Part shown: positions 47,533 to 57,321 of the stretch, one piece after another
Layout of the letters: the number at the start of each line of letters is the position of its first letter
Position numbering within the stretch: the stretch's first letter is position 1
IMG/VR virus record: IMGVR_UViG_3300042452_000337
Span: 1-62,623 of that record
Strand: one strand, 5' to 3'
Length of the DNA stretch: 62,623 nt
Origin: a virus
Lineage: Duplodnaviria; Caudoviricetes
Position numbers and translations under genes: made by a program
Notes under the pieces: generated by a model
The model's input: the letters and a program-made list of their open reading frames with translations, nothing else
Told to the model about the DNA's origin: nothing
Database searches by the model: none

Positions 47533-48423
47533 TCACGCTCCCAGAGGGGTGTCCGGGCCGGGTGGCGAGTAATACCCAAGTGCGCGGGCGGCGCTGATTG
47601 AGCCGCCGCCGGTACGCTGTCCACTGACGGGCACCACAGAGTCCGCCTCGAACGCCAGCCGCAGGTCGCGGTTATAGATCGTGAGGGCACCTTCGACGTT
47701 CTTGCCGTACAGTCTGGCAAGCCACACCTCCGCACCGGAGAGGACCGCAGTGAACATCGAGTCGCTGGCGTCAACGTAGTCGGACACCACCGTCTTCGCC
47801 CCAGTGGGCGGGGTGCCGACCATGCTTCCAGTCAGGCCGATAATCTCTTGGGCGGTGAACGGATACAGACCGGACAGACCCTCCGGGAAGGCGTTGGCCG
47901 TGCCGTACCTACGCACCGCACCGGCCAGCGTGAATCCGGCCTGACGGGCCTCCGGTTCCACGCCGAAGTACCGCAGGGGCGAGGGGCGTCTACGGAAGAT
48001 GTAGTTGAAGGTGACATCCGGCGGTGCCCCAGCCATGCGAATCTGCCACCGATCCGGCAGGGACGGGTCTTTCATCACCGTCCAGTAGATCGGGGCGTTG
48101 AGGGCGGGCAGCATGATGTTGATACGCTGCCACTCTGTCGGCGTGACGTAGGTCGTGACGGTAGGGTTGGTGACGGGCGGGATCAGCGAGTCGATGTTCT
48201 TGACGTTCTCCGGCAGCGTGAACGAGGTCACTCCGTTGCCGCTGCCGCCGCCGCCGCTGGTCAGCGTCCCGGTGGCGACATGGAAGTTCCAGTCGCGGGC
48301 GTTCATCACATCGCGATAGCCGTGATGTGCCGCAGACCGGAGCAGCCGGTTCTCTGTGTCCTGCGCACCTCCTCCAACGGAGTTGAGCAGGTATTCCATG
48401 ATGTCTTGGGCGGCGTAGTACAT
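47533..48423 (-). CDS. Tail tubular A/head-tail adaptor-like protein
   Basis: RDWNF...FTLP motif; position after portal. Confidence 0.55.
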   Translation of the reverse strand: MYYAAQDIMEYLLNSVGGGAQDTENRLLRSAAHHGYRDVMNARDWNFHVATGTLTSGGGGSGNGVTSFTLPENVKNIDSLIPPVTNPTVTTYVTPTEWQRINIMLPALNAPIYWTVMKDPSLPDRWQIRMAGAPPDVTFNYIFRRRPSPLRYFGVEPEARQAGFTLAGAVRRYGTANAFPEGLSGLYPFTAQEIIGLTGSMVGTPPTGAKTVVSDYVDASDSMFTAVLSGAEVWLARLYGKNVEGALTIYNRDLRLAFEADSVVPVSGQRTGGGSISAARALGYYSPPGPDTPLGA

Positions 48424-48425
48424 GC

Positions 48426-49928
48426 TCAGGACACCGTAGTAAATGTGACGTAGGAGAAGGGGCCGTACACGCCGTTGAGGTACGCTGCGCGAACCCGAGC
48501 CACATACGGAGTGGCGGGGCTCAGGAAGTCAATCGTGTTGCCACTCTGGCTGTATGGCCTGCCGGACAAAAGCGGCATGACGTCCGTCCAATTTTCACTT
48601 ACAGTCGCCTGCGTCGAGGACGCAAGTGATTGCACTTGGATTTGGAACGCTGGCTGCTGCGGGTTGGCGCTCATGCCAGCGATGGTGGCGCTGGGGGCGC
48701 TCCACGCCAGAGTGACGGCCCGAGCGGCGCTGCTGTATGCGTAGGTGCTTCCGCCGGGATAGGAAAACATCGCACCCGCCGCGAGAGGAGTGGCCGTCAG
48801 GCTGGTGATTTGGAACACGTGATCGACGATTGGCGGCACGCGCACCGTCACCTTTGGGCTCTCTCCGGCACTATTCACCGCCGACACCGAGATGTACCGC
48901 TCTGCCGAGATGGCGCTCCACGTGACAGTAGCAGTTCGATACTTGCCGACGGCCGTGCGCTCGTATTGCCCAGCGTCGGAGGCGGCGATAGTCAGAACTG
49001 AAGTCGTGGACGCAGCGCCGTCGTACACTCGATAGGAGGTGACGGCCGATCCGCCCGAGTACGTCGGGCCCGTGAAACGCACAACTGCGCCGCCAGTGTT
49101 CTGGACGGTGACGGAGGTGCGGAATGGCTCGTACAGCCGCCCCAGTTCAGGAGTCCCCTCCAGTTTCGGAGTGCCGGGAACTGTCGTGGGGGCAGTGATC
49201 GAGCCCGTTGCTGTGCTGTACCCGGAGATGGGGGCGTACACGCTGTCTGCGGTGCTTGGAACGTATCCGGCATAGACGCGAAACCGATAGGCGGTGCCGG
49301 GCACCAGAGGCAGACTCCCGCCGATGGTGATGTTGTAGTACGTCTGGGACGTTCCTGTGGCACTGAGAAACGACCACGTGGTTCCGCTGTCGGCGCTGTA
49401 TTGCACCCAGTAGTAGATCGGGCCCGATCCGGTCGAGGCCGACCACGACAGGGTGATTCCGCCAGCGTTCGTGGTTCCTGTAAGCCCAGTGGGAGTCGTT
49501 GGCGCGGAGTGAACAGTCGCGCCTGCGGATGCGTTGCTGTATTGCCCAACCCCAGAGGCCGTAGTGGCGGCAACCCTGAACGTATATCGCGCACCCGCAG
49601 TGGGAGCCGCTAACGTGGCCGTGCCAGTGATGACGCCAGCCGCAGTAGTGCTTGTGGCCGTGAGTCCCGAATCAAGCCACTGCGCGCCGCCGTTCGTGCT
49701 GAACTGCACCTGAAAGCCTGTGGGGCCCGTTGCGGACTGCCACTGCACGACGATGGTGCCGGTGTTTGTCGCCGTTGCAGTGACGGCGATTGGCGTCGGT
49801 ATGCCGGGCGTTGGAGCCACCGGCCCGTCGGTCGCGCTGTAGGCAAGAGCAGACCCCAAGTACATGCGTGACACGGCGGATGTGCCAAGCCGCAAGGTTG
49901 GTGTCGCCGTGCCAGCACGAACGGGCAT
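48426..49928 (-). CDS. Multi-FN3 domain virion protein
   Basis: Several FN3-like repeats (YTFRVAA, YRFRVYA, VSAVNSAGES). Confidence 0.75.
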   Translation of the reverse strand: MPVRAGTATPTLRLGTSAVSRMYLGSALAYSATDGPVAPTPGIPTPIAVTATATNTGTIVVQWQSATGPTGFQVQFSTNGGAQWLDSGLTATSTTAAGVITGTATLAAPTAGARYTFRVAATTASGVGQYSNASAGATVHSAPTTPTGLTGTTNAGGITLSWSASTGSGPIYYWVQYSADSGTTWSFLSATGTSQTYYNITIGGSLPLVPGTAYRFRVYAGYVPSTADSVYAPISGYSTATGSITAPTTVPGTPKLEGTPELGRLYEPFRTSVTVQNTGGAVVRFTGPTYSGGSAVTSYRVYDGAASTTSVLTIAASDAGQYERTAVGKYRTATVTWSAISAERYISVSAVNSAGESPKVTVRVPPIVDHVFQITSLTATPLAAGAMFSYPGGSTYAYSSAARAVTLAWSAPSATIAGMSANPQQPAFQIQVQSLASSTQATVSENWTDVMPLLSGRPYSQSGNTIDFLSPATPYVARVRAAYLNGVYGPFSYVTFTTVS

Positions 49929-50656
49929 TAGGTAATCACGTACAGGGTGGTTGCGTTCTTGGTGGTCAGTGCGTCGTACGCCGTCTGGGAGAGCGACACG
50001 ATGTTGGTAATCGCGGTCGAGTTGGGCACCGACGTCACATCGCTCGTCGGACGTATGGCGAGAGCGTCACCCAAGCCGGTGACGTCGATGATGGCGTGCC
50101 CGTGAACGATGGCGGGCTTCCCGTCGAGTTCCGCCTGCAATCCCGTGATGGTGGAAATCGCCTGATTGTGCGAGCCGACAGCGACGGTGAGTTTGTTGGC
50201 AAACTCGACGTACGTAAGGGAGATGCCAGTGCCCTGTACGAGCAAAGTAGCCACACGGTCATCTATTGCATCGCCCAAGTCCGGGATGTTGCCTGCCGAA
50301 ATGGACTGACTGGCGGCAGTGAGCGTTCCGGTCACGGACAGGTTGCCGCCAATGGTCGCGTTCCCGCTCGTGGCGAGCGTTGCGACAGAGAGGGCTGTCG
50401 GCATGGCGTGAACGTGGTCGGCACGTGCGGCCGTGAGGGCAGTGCCGGAGGCGGCGGTGCCTACGGCGGCAGGCGTGGAGCCGGAGAGAAACGGCTCGAT
50501 GTCATACGGCAGCGTAGTCCAGTTGCGGATGCCGTCGCCAGTCTTGGTCTTGCCGGTATCCGTTTCCACTGCGGGCTCACCAGCCGCCAGCACGGGGTTG
50601 GAGGCCGTCCAGTTGGCGGCAGTGTCCCTGCGGATTTGGATGCGTACGAGGGGCAT
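49928..50656 (-). CDS. Fibre protein with Mtd/hyaluronidase-like N-terminal domain
   Basis: IQIRRDTAANWTASNPVLAAGE..VETDTGK.KTGDG; H.H.I.DV.GL repeats. Confidence 0.75.
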   Translation of the reverse strand: MPLVRIQIRRDTAANWTASNPVLAAGEPAVETDTGKTKTGDGIRNWTTLPYDIEPFLSGSTPAAVGTAASGTALTAARADHVHAMPTALSVATLATSGNATIGGNLSVTGTLTAASQSISAGNIPDLGDAIDDRVATLLVQGTGISLTYVEFANKLTVAVGSHNQAISTITGLQAELDGKPAIVHGHAIIDVTGLGDALAIRPTSDVTSVPNSTAITNIVSLSQTAYDALTTKNATTLYVIT

Positions 50657-50659
50657 GGG

Positions 50660-50998
50660 TTACCCCTTGATGCAAAAGCGAAGTGCGGCCGACCCGGTGT
50701 TCGTTACGACCGAAATAAACGGGGCCCCGAACACTGCGTCCGGTATCGGGTAGCACGTATTGGCGGTCACTGAGGTCGTGACTGCCGCCGAGCCGTCGTT
50801 GACGGGGCGCGGTGTGAGTTCGTCCCCAAAGGCCACGTGCCACGTAAGCGTGGTCGGAGAGGTGGTCAGGCTGTCCACGATGAAAACGCCACCGGCGGCA
50901 GAACCGAAATTGATTCTTGGGGTCGTGGCACTCGGTGCGGCGTTGGTCGCGGTGATCGTTCCCGTAACTACGCTCAGACGCTCAATCTTGTTGGGCAT
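50660..50998 (-). CDS. Hypothetical virion protein
   Basis: Beta-rich; TAATG coupling. Confidence 0.7.
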   Translation of the reverse strand: MPNKIERLSVVTGTITATNAAPSATTPRINFGSAAGGVFIVDSLTTSPTTLTWHVAFGDELTPRPVNDGSAAVTTSVTANTCYPIPDAVFGAPFISVVTNTGSAALRFCIKG

Positions 50999-51552
50999 TA
51001 CTTCTTCTTCCTTTTCCAGTGCGGCACGATTCGGTCCTTCACTTTCTCGACGGCCTCTCCGCGAGAGAGTTTCGGGTTCTCCTTCATCTCCTTGCGAACG
51101 TGTTCGTTGAGGATGCGCGGGTTGATGTCGATTTCCTTCGGCGGTCCCTTCTGGGGGGGCACGTATTCCACGATGCCGTGAACCTCAAGGTCGCGCTTCT
51201 TTGCCACCCGCAGGATGTCGGCGGTGCTATCCACCCACGCCTCTGGATCGCGGTGGGCCCGCAAGTCCGCGATGCCGCCCATGTAGAACTTGCCGGAGGT
51301 CGTGATGCCAGCGGCCTTAGCCTCACGCAGCATCCTCTCCGTGAGCGCCTTCGGCTGATGCTTCATCCACTCGTTCGCATAACGGCCCTGCATGAACGCA
51401 CGGTCGGTGCCACGAGTTCCCGGAGGCTGCTGGAGGGCACACATCTCCGCCCACCGCTCGCTCATCCCCTCTGCGATCATGCGGCGATAATGCCCCTGCA
51501 CCTCCGCAGGCGCTGCGGCGATTTCCGGCGGATAGGAGGCGGTTTTCGGCAT
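50998..51552 (-). CDS. Hypothetical protein
   Basis: Follows portal; AGGTG RBS. Confidence 0.75.
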   Translation of the reverse strand: MPKTASYPPEIAAAPAEVQGHYRRMIAEGMSERWAEMCALQQPPGTRGTDRAFMQGRYANEWMKHQPKALTERMLREAKAAGITTSGKFYMGGIADLRAHRDPEAWVDSTADILRVAKKRDLEVHGIVEYVPPQKGPPKEIDINPRILNEHVRKEMKENPKLSRGEAVEKVKDRIVPHWKRKKK

Positions 51553-51576
51553 GGAGTCACCTACTTACTTCTTGTC

Positions 51577-53622
51577 TCACTGGGGCTGCATTTCCGGCGG
51601 AACTTGCGGCAACTCCGGGTTTAGTGCTGGTTCTGGCGGTAGTCCGGGAGGAGCCTGTTCTGGGGGAGGCGGAGGCATCCCACCCGCCCCCTCCGGGCCT
51701 GCGGGCGGCTGCTGGGAGGGGTCAGCGGCTGGCGGCGGCGGCGGAATGAGATACGGTTTGGCGTCAATGTCGAGGCTGTCTGCCCAGTCAGAGATGAGCG
51801 AGTTCATCGGTTCCACAATGCCCATCGGGATGAGCCCTTGCAGGATCGGCCCCAGCGTCTGGAGTGCAGCCTGCATCTGCTCGACTCTCGTCGCTTTGTT
51901 CGGTTTCCTCGCAGAACCCGACTCGATCCGGTACTCAAACTCACGGGCAATGGTGGACGGGTCGAGCATCTTCACGTGCTGCGCCCATGCCGCAGCACCA
52001 AGCGGGCCCAGAATCGGCTCCACATCCTGAGGCTCAAGCAGCCAGCGGGACGCAAACGCCTCCCTGCGGGCCAGTAGGCTCATGGCGTCTTCGAGCCGGT
52101 TCGCCATGTCGTCCGGCCTCACGGACAGTTGCTCGGCCTTCACGCTCGCTTCTGTGGCGCTGCGTATCTGGCTGGAGGTCATGGCGTAGGCGAGTTCGGT
52201 GAGTCCGACCCGCTTGTCGAACATATCCGTGACCTTTTCCACGATCTTCCAGAGTTCCGGCGATACCTCCGGCAACTGGAACACTGAAATCAGATCGTTG
52301 ACCGACCGGCCTAGCGTCTCGCTGATCTCGCACACCTTGAATCCACGTTCCGACTGCGCAAGGATTTGATCCTTGATGTCTTGATCCGCAGCCTTGCTCA
52401 CGCCGATGAGCGTCTCGCAACTCGTGGCGACACGCTGGGCGATGAACGACAACGCGAAGTTGATGAACCGCAGTTCGCCCACGCCGGGCTTGATGTGGCT
52501 GATCGGCCAGACGTAGCCCGGCTTGCGGTGGAAATCGAGCGTCACAAACGGCCACCCATTGGCCTCCGCCCAGAAGGGGATCGGCCACTGCACGGCACGG
52601 AACAGGCTGGCGGGCACGCCAGTGTTCGGGTCTACCTCCTCCTCCAACGAGGCGGGCGGCATATTCAGCGGGTACGGGATGCCTTCGCAGACGACGATGT
52701 AGCAGTTGTCGCCAACGCCATCGAACGACCCGACGATCTCCGACGGCATTTCCCTGAGCCGGTCGCCCAGACCCGTCTTGCTGTAAATCTTCCAGTACGT
52801 GACCAGTTCGTTGCTCTTGCCGACGCGACGGCCCTTGAGCGGCGCATCTTCGTCTGTGAAAATCTGATCGTCCGCCTCACGGTCGATGGGCTTGGCTCCT
52901 TCGAGGTGGCCCTTCAACTGCTCGCGATCCAGACCATACTGCCGGGCCACGACGTCAATCGGGTGGACGCAGCGGCGGGCACACCACGTGATGTCCTCGA
53001 TCTCGGTGGCGTCCGGGTCCATCGTGAAGTTGTCCACGCTGTCCGCGAACGACCCGACCATCGCCATCCCCGATCCGGGAAGCGTGACGAGTTCCGTCCA
53101 CCACAGGCCCATGCCCTTGATGATCGCCTCGTCCACGACCCGTCGGCTGTGCGTCTTGAGGTCGAGTTCGTTGGGCGTGTAGTTCAGCAGCCGCTCCATG
53201 AGCAGGGACGCTGCCTTGCGAACCTCCGTCCGCTGCACCGTCTCCTGAGCGGCCTGCTGGTAGGCCATCATGCTCTGGTCGTCCATCACGCCGATCACAT
53301 CGGGGCTGACGAACGGGTAGCGGGCGGGAGTCACCTGACGCACCGGATTGCGGTGGTAGATGACTGAGCCAAACAACTTTACGGCCTCGAAAACACGGTT
53401 GCACTGCATACGAAATGCGGGGGGCGCAATCGTGCGGTTGTAGCCGTACTCGTGGCGGGCGTAGGTGTCCTTCCAGAACCAGTTGTGCGGGCCGTCAAAG
53501 AAGCACATCGCCTCCTTCGCGTCTTCCGTGAAGGGGCGCTTGTGCTTCAGTGACAGTTCGATCTTCTTCAGCCAGCCCGTCGCAATGGCGCGAAGGGCAT
53601 CTTCACCGGTTCTGGTTTCCAC
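51577..53622 (-). CDS. Portal protein
   Basis: About 680 aa, downstream of terminase; SATE motif; Pro/Gln-rich C-terminus. Confidence 0.75.
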   Translation of the reverse strand: METRTGEDALRAIATGWLKKIELSLKHKRPFTEDAKEAMCFFDGPHNWFWKDTYARHEYGYNRTIAPPAFRMQCNRVFEAVKLFGSVIYHRNPVRQVTPARYPFVSPDVIGVMDDQSMMAYQQAAQETVQRTEVRKAASLLMERLLNYTPNELDLKTHSRRVVDEAIIKGMGLWWTELVTLPGSGMAMVGSFADSVDNFTMDPDATEIEDITWCARRCVHPIDVVARQYGLDREQLKGHLEGAKPIDREADDQIFTDEDAPLKGRRVGKSNELVTYWKIYSKTGLGDRLREMPSEIVGSFDGVGDNCYIVVCEGIPYPLNMPPASLEEEVDPNTGVPASLFRAVQWPIPFWAEANGWPFVTLDFHRKPGYVWPISHIKPGVGELRFINFALSFIAQRVATSCETLIGVSKAADQDIKDQILAQSERGFKVCEISETLGRSVNDLISVFQLPEVSPELWKIVEKVTDMFDKRVGLTELAYAMTSSQIRSATEASVKAEQLSVRPDDMANRLEDAMSLLARREAFASRWLLEPQDVEPILGPLGAAAWAQHVKMLDPSTIAREFEYRIESGSARKPNKATRVEQMQAALQTLGPILQGLIPMGIVEPMNSLISDWADSLDIDAKPYLIPPPPPAADPSQQPPAGPEGAGGMPPPPPEQAPPGLPPEPALNPELPQVPPEMQPQ

Positions 53623-53962
53623 CGCTTTGCTTCCTTGCAAGTGATGCCTGTTCCGTCAGGCTGGCAATCTGGGCCATCATCCCATCCAACTTCTTCAACT
53701 GAGCCGTCTGTGGGGCGTACTCCCACGCTCCCCACTGCCGCCAGTCGCCGTTCTCCTGCAAGCCGGGATCGTCCTTGTGGCGGACGGACGGCTTTTCTTG
53801 AAACCCGACGAACGGCGTGAACACGATGATGTTGACGGTCGAAACGCCGGGAGCCTGTGAAACCCAGCCGAGACATGGGTTCGTGCAGGAGAGGGCGTCG
53901 TGATACCAGTAGACGGCATCCCCGATCTTGAGCGGCGGCGGGCTAAAAGACTCGGCTTCCAT
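53603..53962 (-). CDS. Hypothetical protein
   Basis: Between terminase and portal. Confidence 0.7.
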   Translation of the reverse strand: MEAESFSPPPLKIGDAVYWYHDALSCTNPCLGWVSQAPGVSTVNIIVFTPFVGFQEKPSVRHKDDPGLQENGDWRQWGAWEYAPQTAQLKKLDGMMAQIASLTEQASLARKQSGGNQNR

Positions 53963-55652
53963 ACTTTGCTCCGGATTGTGGGCCTAAAAAGATGTAGTCG
54001 TCGGCTTCTCCGGCGAGGCGCTTTTTGCGCTTCCGCATCCACTCGACGTACCAGGGTTCTGGTCCGGCCTCCACCTTAGGCTTGTGGTATCGAGGTCGAT
54101 AGGCACAGAGGTACTCCAGACACTGGCAGGCGTGGACTTCGCCCCTCGTGTTCGGGACGTCCGTGACCACGTACGTGCCGCCGATCAACTGGGTCTTGTG
54201 CTTGTACCGCCGGAGTTCCCGCTCCAAGTCAGGGCAGGCACCCTTGAGAATCCGCAGCGTAGGGGTGCCCTCAGGGCGGATATGGAGGTAGTTCCGGACA
54301 GAGGACATGCGTGCCTGGATGTCATCACAGCCAGCAAGAAAACTGTGCCCGGTCGTCTCGGACGAGACGTTCTGCTTCTTGAGTTCCTCCGTGTACAGTT
54401 CGACCGGCAGCCTGCCGGAGCCGATTTCCCGCAGCCGACCGCCGTGCATGTCGATTAAGAAGGCGTAGAAGTTCTGGCCCATGCACTTCTCCCTCATCTT
54501 CTCCCCGAAGACGATGGCGTTGCAGTTGCGGATGTAGAGTTGGTCGTACACGAGCAGCATGGACTCGTCCGGCGGCACGGCGGCAAACAGCACGCTCGTG
54601 ACGGCATGGCCGGGATCAATGGCGGCGTAGCGACACCAGTCGCCGGGAACCGTCATGTTCTCCAGATTGGAGCGGTCGTACCCGTGAACGTGCATGGCGA
54701 ACGTGGGGTAGCAGAGGATCGAGTCGCTGATGAACTCGCCCTCGCTGCGCATCCGCAGGACGTCCTCGCCAAGAGCGGCCCACGATTCGATACGCTTCCG
54801 CTTCTCCTCGTCTGCGATGTGCGGGTTGTCGAGGAACCGCAGAACGAACTTCACGATGTCCGGGTTCTCGACCCCTGCCTCCACCAACTTGTCCGCTCGT
54901 TCGGCAAGGTTCTGGAGCGAGTCATTCCGGCTGTGCGGCATGGCCGACCACGACAGCACGCCACGCAAGTCAGAGAGACGAGCCTGCATTTCGGGAATCC
55001 ACGCATCGCCGTTGTTGACGTCCTCGTCAATGTGGACACGCGAGGCTTTCCAGCCCTGCGGCGGCTCGCCCTCTGAGGAGAAGAAGTAGATTTGCCAGCC
55101 GTTCGTGAGTTCACACGACTGGATGTAGCGGGCACTCTTGAGTACCCACGACTTCTTCTTCACCATTCGCGGCGGAATGAGCGGAGGCGCTGGCTTGGCC
55201 TCCTTTTCTCTCGCAGCGTCCGTGCTGGGGTTGTACGCCCGCCACTCGCCCGTCTGTTCGTCCCGAATGATCTTGAACGCCCCAGCCATGAACAGCATGG
55301 GGTAGACCACGAGCCCGATGTGCTTCCAGTCCTTGCCCACGATGGCGAGAATCCCGTCCTTCTCCGGGTACTTGCCATACGGGTCTTTGCCGCAGACGGC
55401 TCTGGCGTCCTCCACGAACGTGCAGAGACTCTTGCCCGACCGATTGCCACCGATGACGAGGATTTCACTGGCCTTGCTCTGGTGAACCAACTCCTGCTGC
55501 GGCGTCGGCCGGTACAACCGCAAGGCTTCGATGCGGCGGCTCGCCAACTCCGCCTGCATCTCCTTCAGTTCGTTCCGCTGGTGTTCCCCCAAGCGCTTGA
55601 CTGACGGCAGCGGCGAAATCTGAGGGGGTTTGCGGCGGCGTGATTTGGACAT
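53943..55652 (-). CDS. terL: Terminase large subunit
   Basis: Walker A GGNRSGKS, Walker B VHIDE, nuclease AIDPG; position. Confidence 0.85.
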   Translation of the reverse strand: MSKSRRRKPPQISPLPSVKRLGEHQRNELKEMQAELASRRIEALRLYRPTPQQELVHQSKASEILVIGGNRSGKSLCTFVEDARAVCGKDPYGKYPEKDGILAIVGKDWKHIGLVVYPMLFMAGAFKIIRDEQTGEWRAYNPSTDAAREKEAKPAPPLIPPRMVKKKSWVLKSARYIQSCELTNGWQIYFFSSEGEPPQGWKASRVHIDEDVNNGDAWIPEMQARLSDLRGVLSWSAMPHSRNDSLQNLAERADKLVEAGVENPDIVKFVLRFLDNPHIADEEKRKRIESWAALGEDVLRMRSEGEFISDSILCYPTFAMHVHGYDRSNLENMTVPGDWCRYAAIDPGHAVTSVLFAAVPPDESMLLVYDQLYIRNCNAIVFGEKMREKCMGQNFYAFLIDMHGGRLREIGSGRLPVELYTEELKKQNVSSETTGHSFLAGCDDIQARMSSVRNYLHIRPEGTPTLRILKGACPDLERELRRYKHKTQLIGGTYVVTDVPNTRGEVHACQCLEYLCAYRPRYHKPKVEAGPEPWYVEWMRKRKKRLAGEADDYIFLGPQSGAKYGSRVF

Positions 55653-56148
55653 TGAGGAGTCTCCCTTCGTAACTCACGGCGATGCGACGGAGACGCTGGT
55701 CGAGTTCGGCCTCGATCTCTTCGTCCGTCCACTGCATCAGAGGCTTCTTGGCACCGCCCAGTTCCGTGTTCTTCGTGACCAGCCGGACCACACCCTCCAA
55801 CAACTTTGTGCGGTGGGCACCGCCGGGAGGGGAGTCGAAATACTGTTTGACCATCAGTGCGGCGAAGCCGGAACTCCCGCCGAAGTAGTCCATCAGCCGC
55901 TCCAGCAGTTCGCTGGAGTGCGGGATGTTCTCCCCGCCACGCTGCGCGGCCTTGAGGAAGGCACCCATTGCCCCCTGCTCGATGGCCTTCATGTCGCCAG
56001 TCTTCTGCTTGGCCTTTTTCCCCCTGTTCACTTTTGCCCGACAGATGACGCAGCGGGTGTCCCAACTGCCGTCCTTCTTCTTCCGGAAGTGGTCGGCGTT
56101 GATCGGGAAGGACTCGCCGCAGTCGTTGCAGAGTTTGTCGTCGGCCAT
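55465..56148 (-). CDS. Putative terminase small subunit with N-terminal zinc finger
   Basis: CNDC...CVIC; directly upstream of terL; W.DEE.EAEL tail. Confidence 0.5.
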   Translation of the reverse strand: MADDKLCNDCGESFPINADHFRKKKDGSWDTRCVICRAKVNRGKKAKQKTGDMKAIEQGAMGAFLKAAQRGGENIPHSSELLERLMDYFGGSSGFAALMVKQYFDSPPGGAHRTKLLEGVVRLVTKNTELGGAKKPLMQWTDEEIEAELDQRLRRIAVSYEGRLLNVQITPPQTPSDFAAAVSQALGGTPAERTEGDAGGVGEPPHRSLAVVPADAAAGVGSPEQGQ

Positions 56149-56149
56149 G

Positions 56150-56425
56150 TCAGCAGTTCCAGGCCCGGAGGCTCTTGTTGATCCGGCTGTCCGGGTCGTT
56201 GGCCGTCTCCTTGCTAGTCAACTTCCGCTTCATGCCCTTCATGCGGGCACAGAACGAGTCCCGTCTCGGCCCCCCCTCCGGCTGCGGCGGCTTGAGGTTG
56301 CCGCCCGTCTCCCGGTTGTAGGAGGCCCGCCCAGCGGCGTTCAGCCCGCCATCCGGGTCTTTCCCTTCCTTGCGCGTCCACGCCGCAGACTTGGCCTTAC
56401 GCACCCGTTCGCCGTGCGAGTCCAT
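56150..56425 (-). CDS. Conserved small phage protein (DUF6321-like)
   Basis: AWTRKEGK...GGLN..GR...RR.SFCARM. Confidence 0.75.
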   Translation of the reverse strand: MDSHGERVRKAKSAAWTRKEGKDPDGGLNAAGRASYNRETGGNLKPPQPEGGPRRDSFCARMKGMKRKLTSKETANDPDSRINKSLRAWNC

Positions 56426-56428
56426 GCG

Positions 56429-56629
56429 TCACCTGTCCGCCTGCGGGACAGAGGAGATCATCGGGGCCATGCCTGAGCGGGGGGCCGGAACCTTGCCAGC
56501 GCCAGCCTCCTGCTTGGCACGGAACTCAGAGAGTTCCTCGATGTCGAGAAGCCCCGCCCTCTGCAACTGATCCATGATGGACGCACGGTCGTCCTTGAAC
56601 TGCGTCATGGGGGTCGGCTGATTTTGCAT
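56429..56629 (-). CDS. Hypothetical protein
   Basis: GGAG RBS. Confidence 0.6.
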   Translation of the reverse strand: MQNQPTPMTQFKDDRASIMDQLQRAGLLDIEELSEFRAKQEAGAGKVPAPRSGMAPMISSVPQADR

Positions 56630-56643
56630 TCGTCACTCCAACG

Positions 56644-56683
56644 AAAAGGCCGCTGGTAGGGCGTCCCTTCCCCACCAGCGGCC
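56644..56683 (-). terminator. Intrinsic terminator after capsid genes
   Basis: GGCCGCTGGT...ACCAGCGGCC-TTTT on the - strand. Confidence 0.7.
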
Positions 56684-56709
56684 ACTCGTCACGACGCTAC
56701 GGACAAGGA

Positions 56710-57297
56710 TCAGAAACCAGCGGTCGTACGCACGAGGACTCGGCCGGTCGTGGTGCCGGTGCCCGCGTCACTGATGGCGTAGCCGAGCAGGGCGTTTGCG
56801 CCCTGAGCAGCGGCCTGACCGTCCGTCGCGGACGGGCCATACGCAGCACCCGCACTGACGGCCGTCGAGGTCTTCCTGACCGTCGAGGGGCCACGCACCA
56901 CCAGCCAGAACACTTCGCCGTTCGCCGCGCCACCGGAGGGCAGGTACTCGTCCACCACGCCGAACAGGGCCGCATTGGCTCCGGTGGGGGTCGTGGTGTT
57001 AGCCTTCGCCTTGATCTCTCCGAGAATACCGCCGACAGTCGGAATGTCCGCCGAAGCAGCGCTCTGGAACATGGCGATCTCGCCCGGAAGCAGGGCTGCT
57101 CCAGACGAGTTCTTCACGGCGATGCACTCAACGGTGCGGTTGCTGTTGATGACGCCCGTAATCGGGCTCTCGTCGCGAAACGCCTTGCGAGCGCCGATTA
57201 CAGTCGTACCGTCGCCGTTCTCGGCCTCGTACAACTTGACGGTAATGCCAAGCGTCTGGCCGCGACCGAATCCGGGATCAGCATACAACGTACTCAT
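56710..57297 (-). CDS. Capsid decoration/cement-like protein
   Basis: Directly after the capsid gene; Gly/Ala-rich; FWLVVRGP. Confidence 0.6.
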   Translation of the reverse strand: MSTLYADPGFGRGQTLGITVKLYEAENGDGTTVIGARKAFRDESPITGVINSNRTVECIAVKNSSGAALLPGEIAMFQSAASADIPTVGGILGEIKAKANTTTPTGANAALFGVVDEYLPSGGAANGEVFWLVVRGPSTVRKTSTAVSAGAAYGPSATDGQAAAQGANALLGYAISDAGTGTTTGRVLVRTTAGF

Positions 57298-57321
57298 CTG
57301 TCGTCAGTCTCCTAGAAAAGG

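Noticed and set aside
49928-50656. Diversity-generating retroelement suggested by the Mtd-like N-terminus
   Set aside because: No reverse transcriptase and no template/variable repeat pair were seen.
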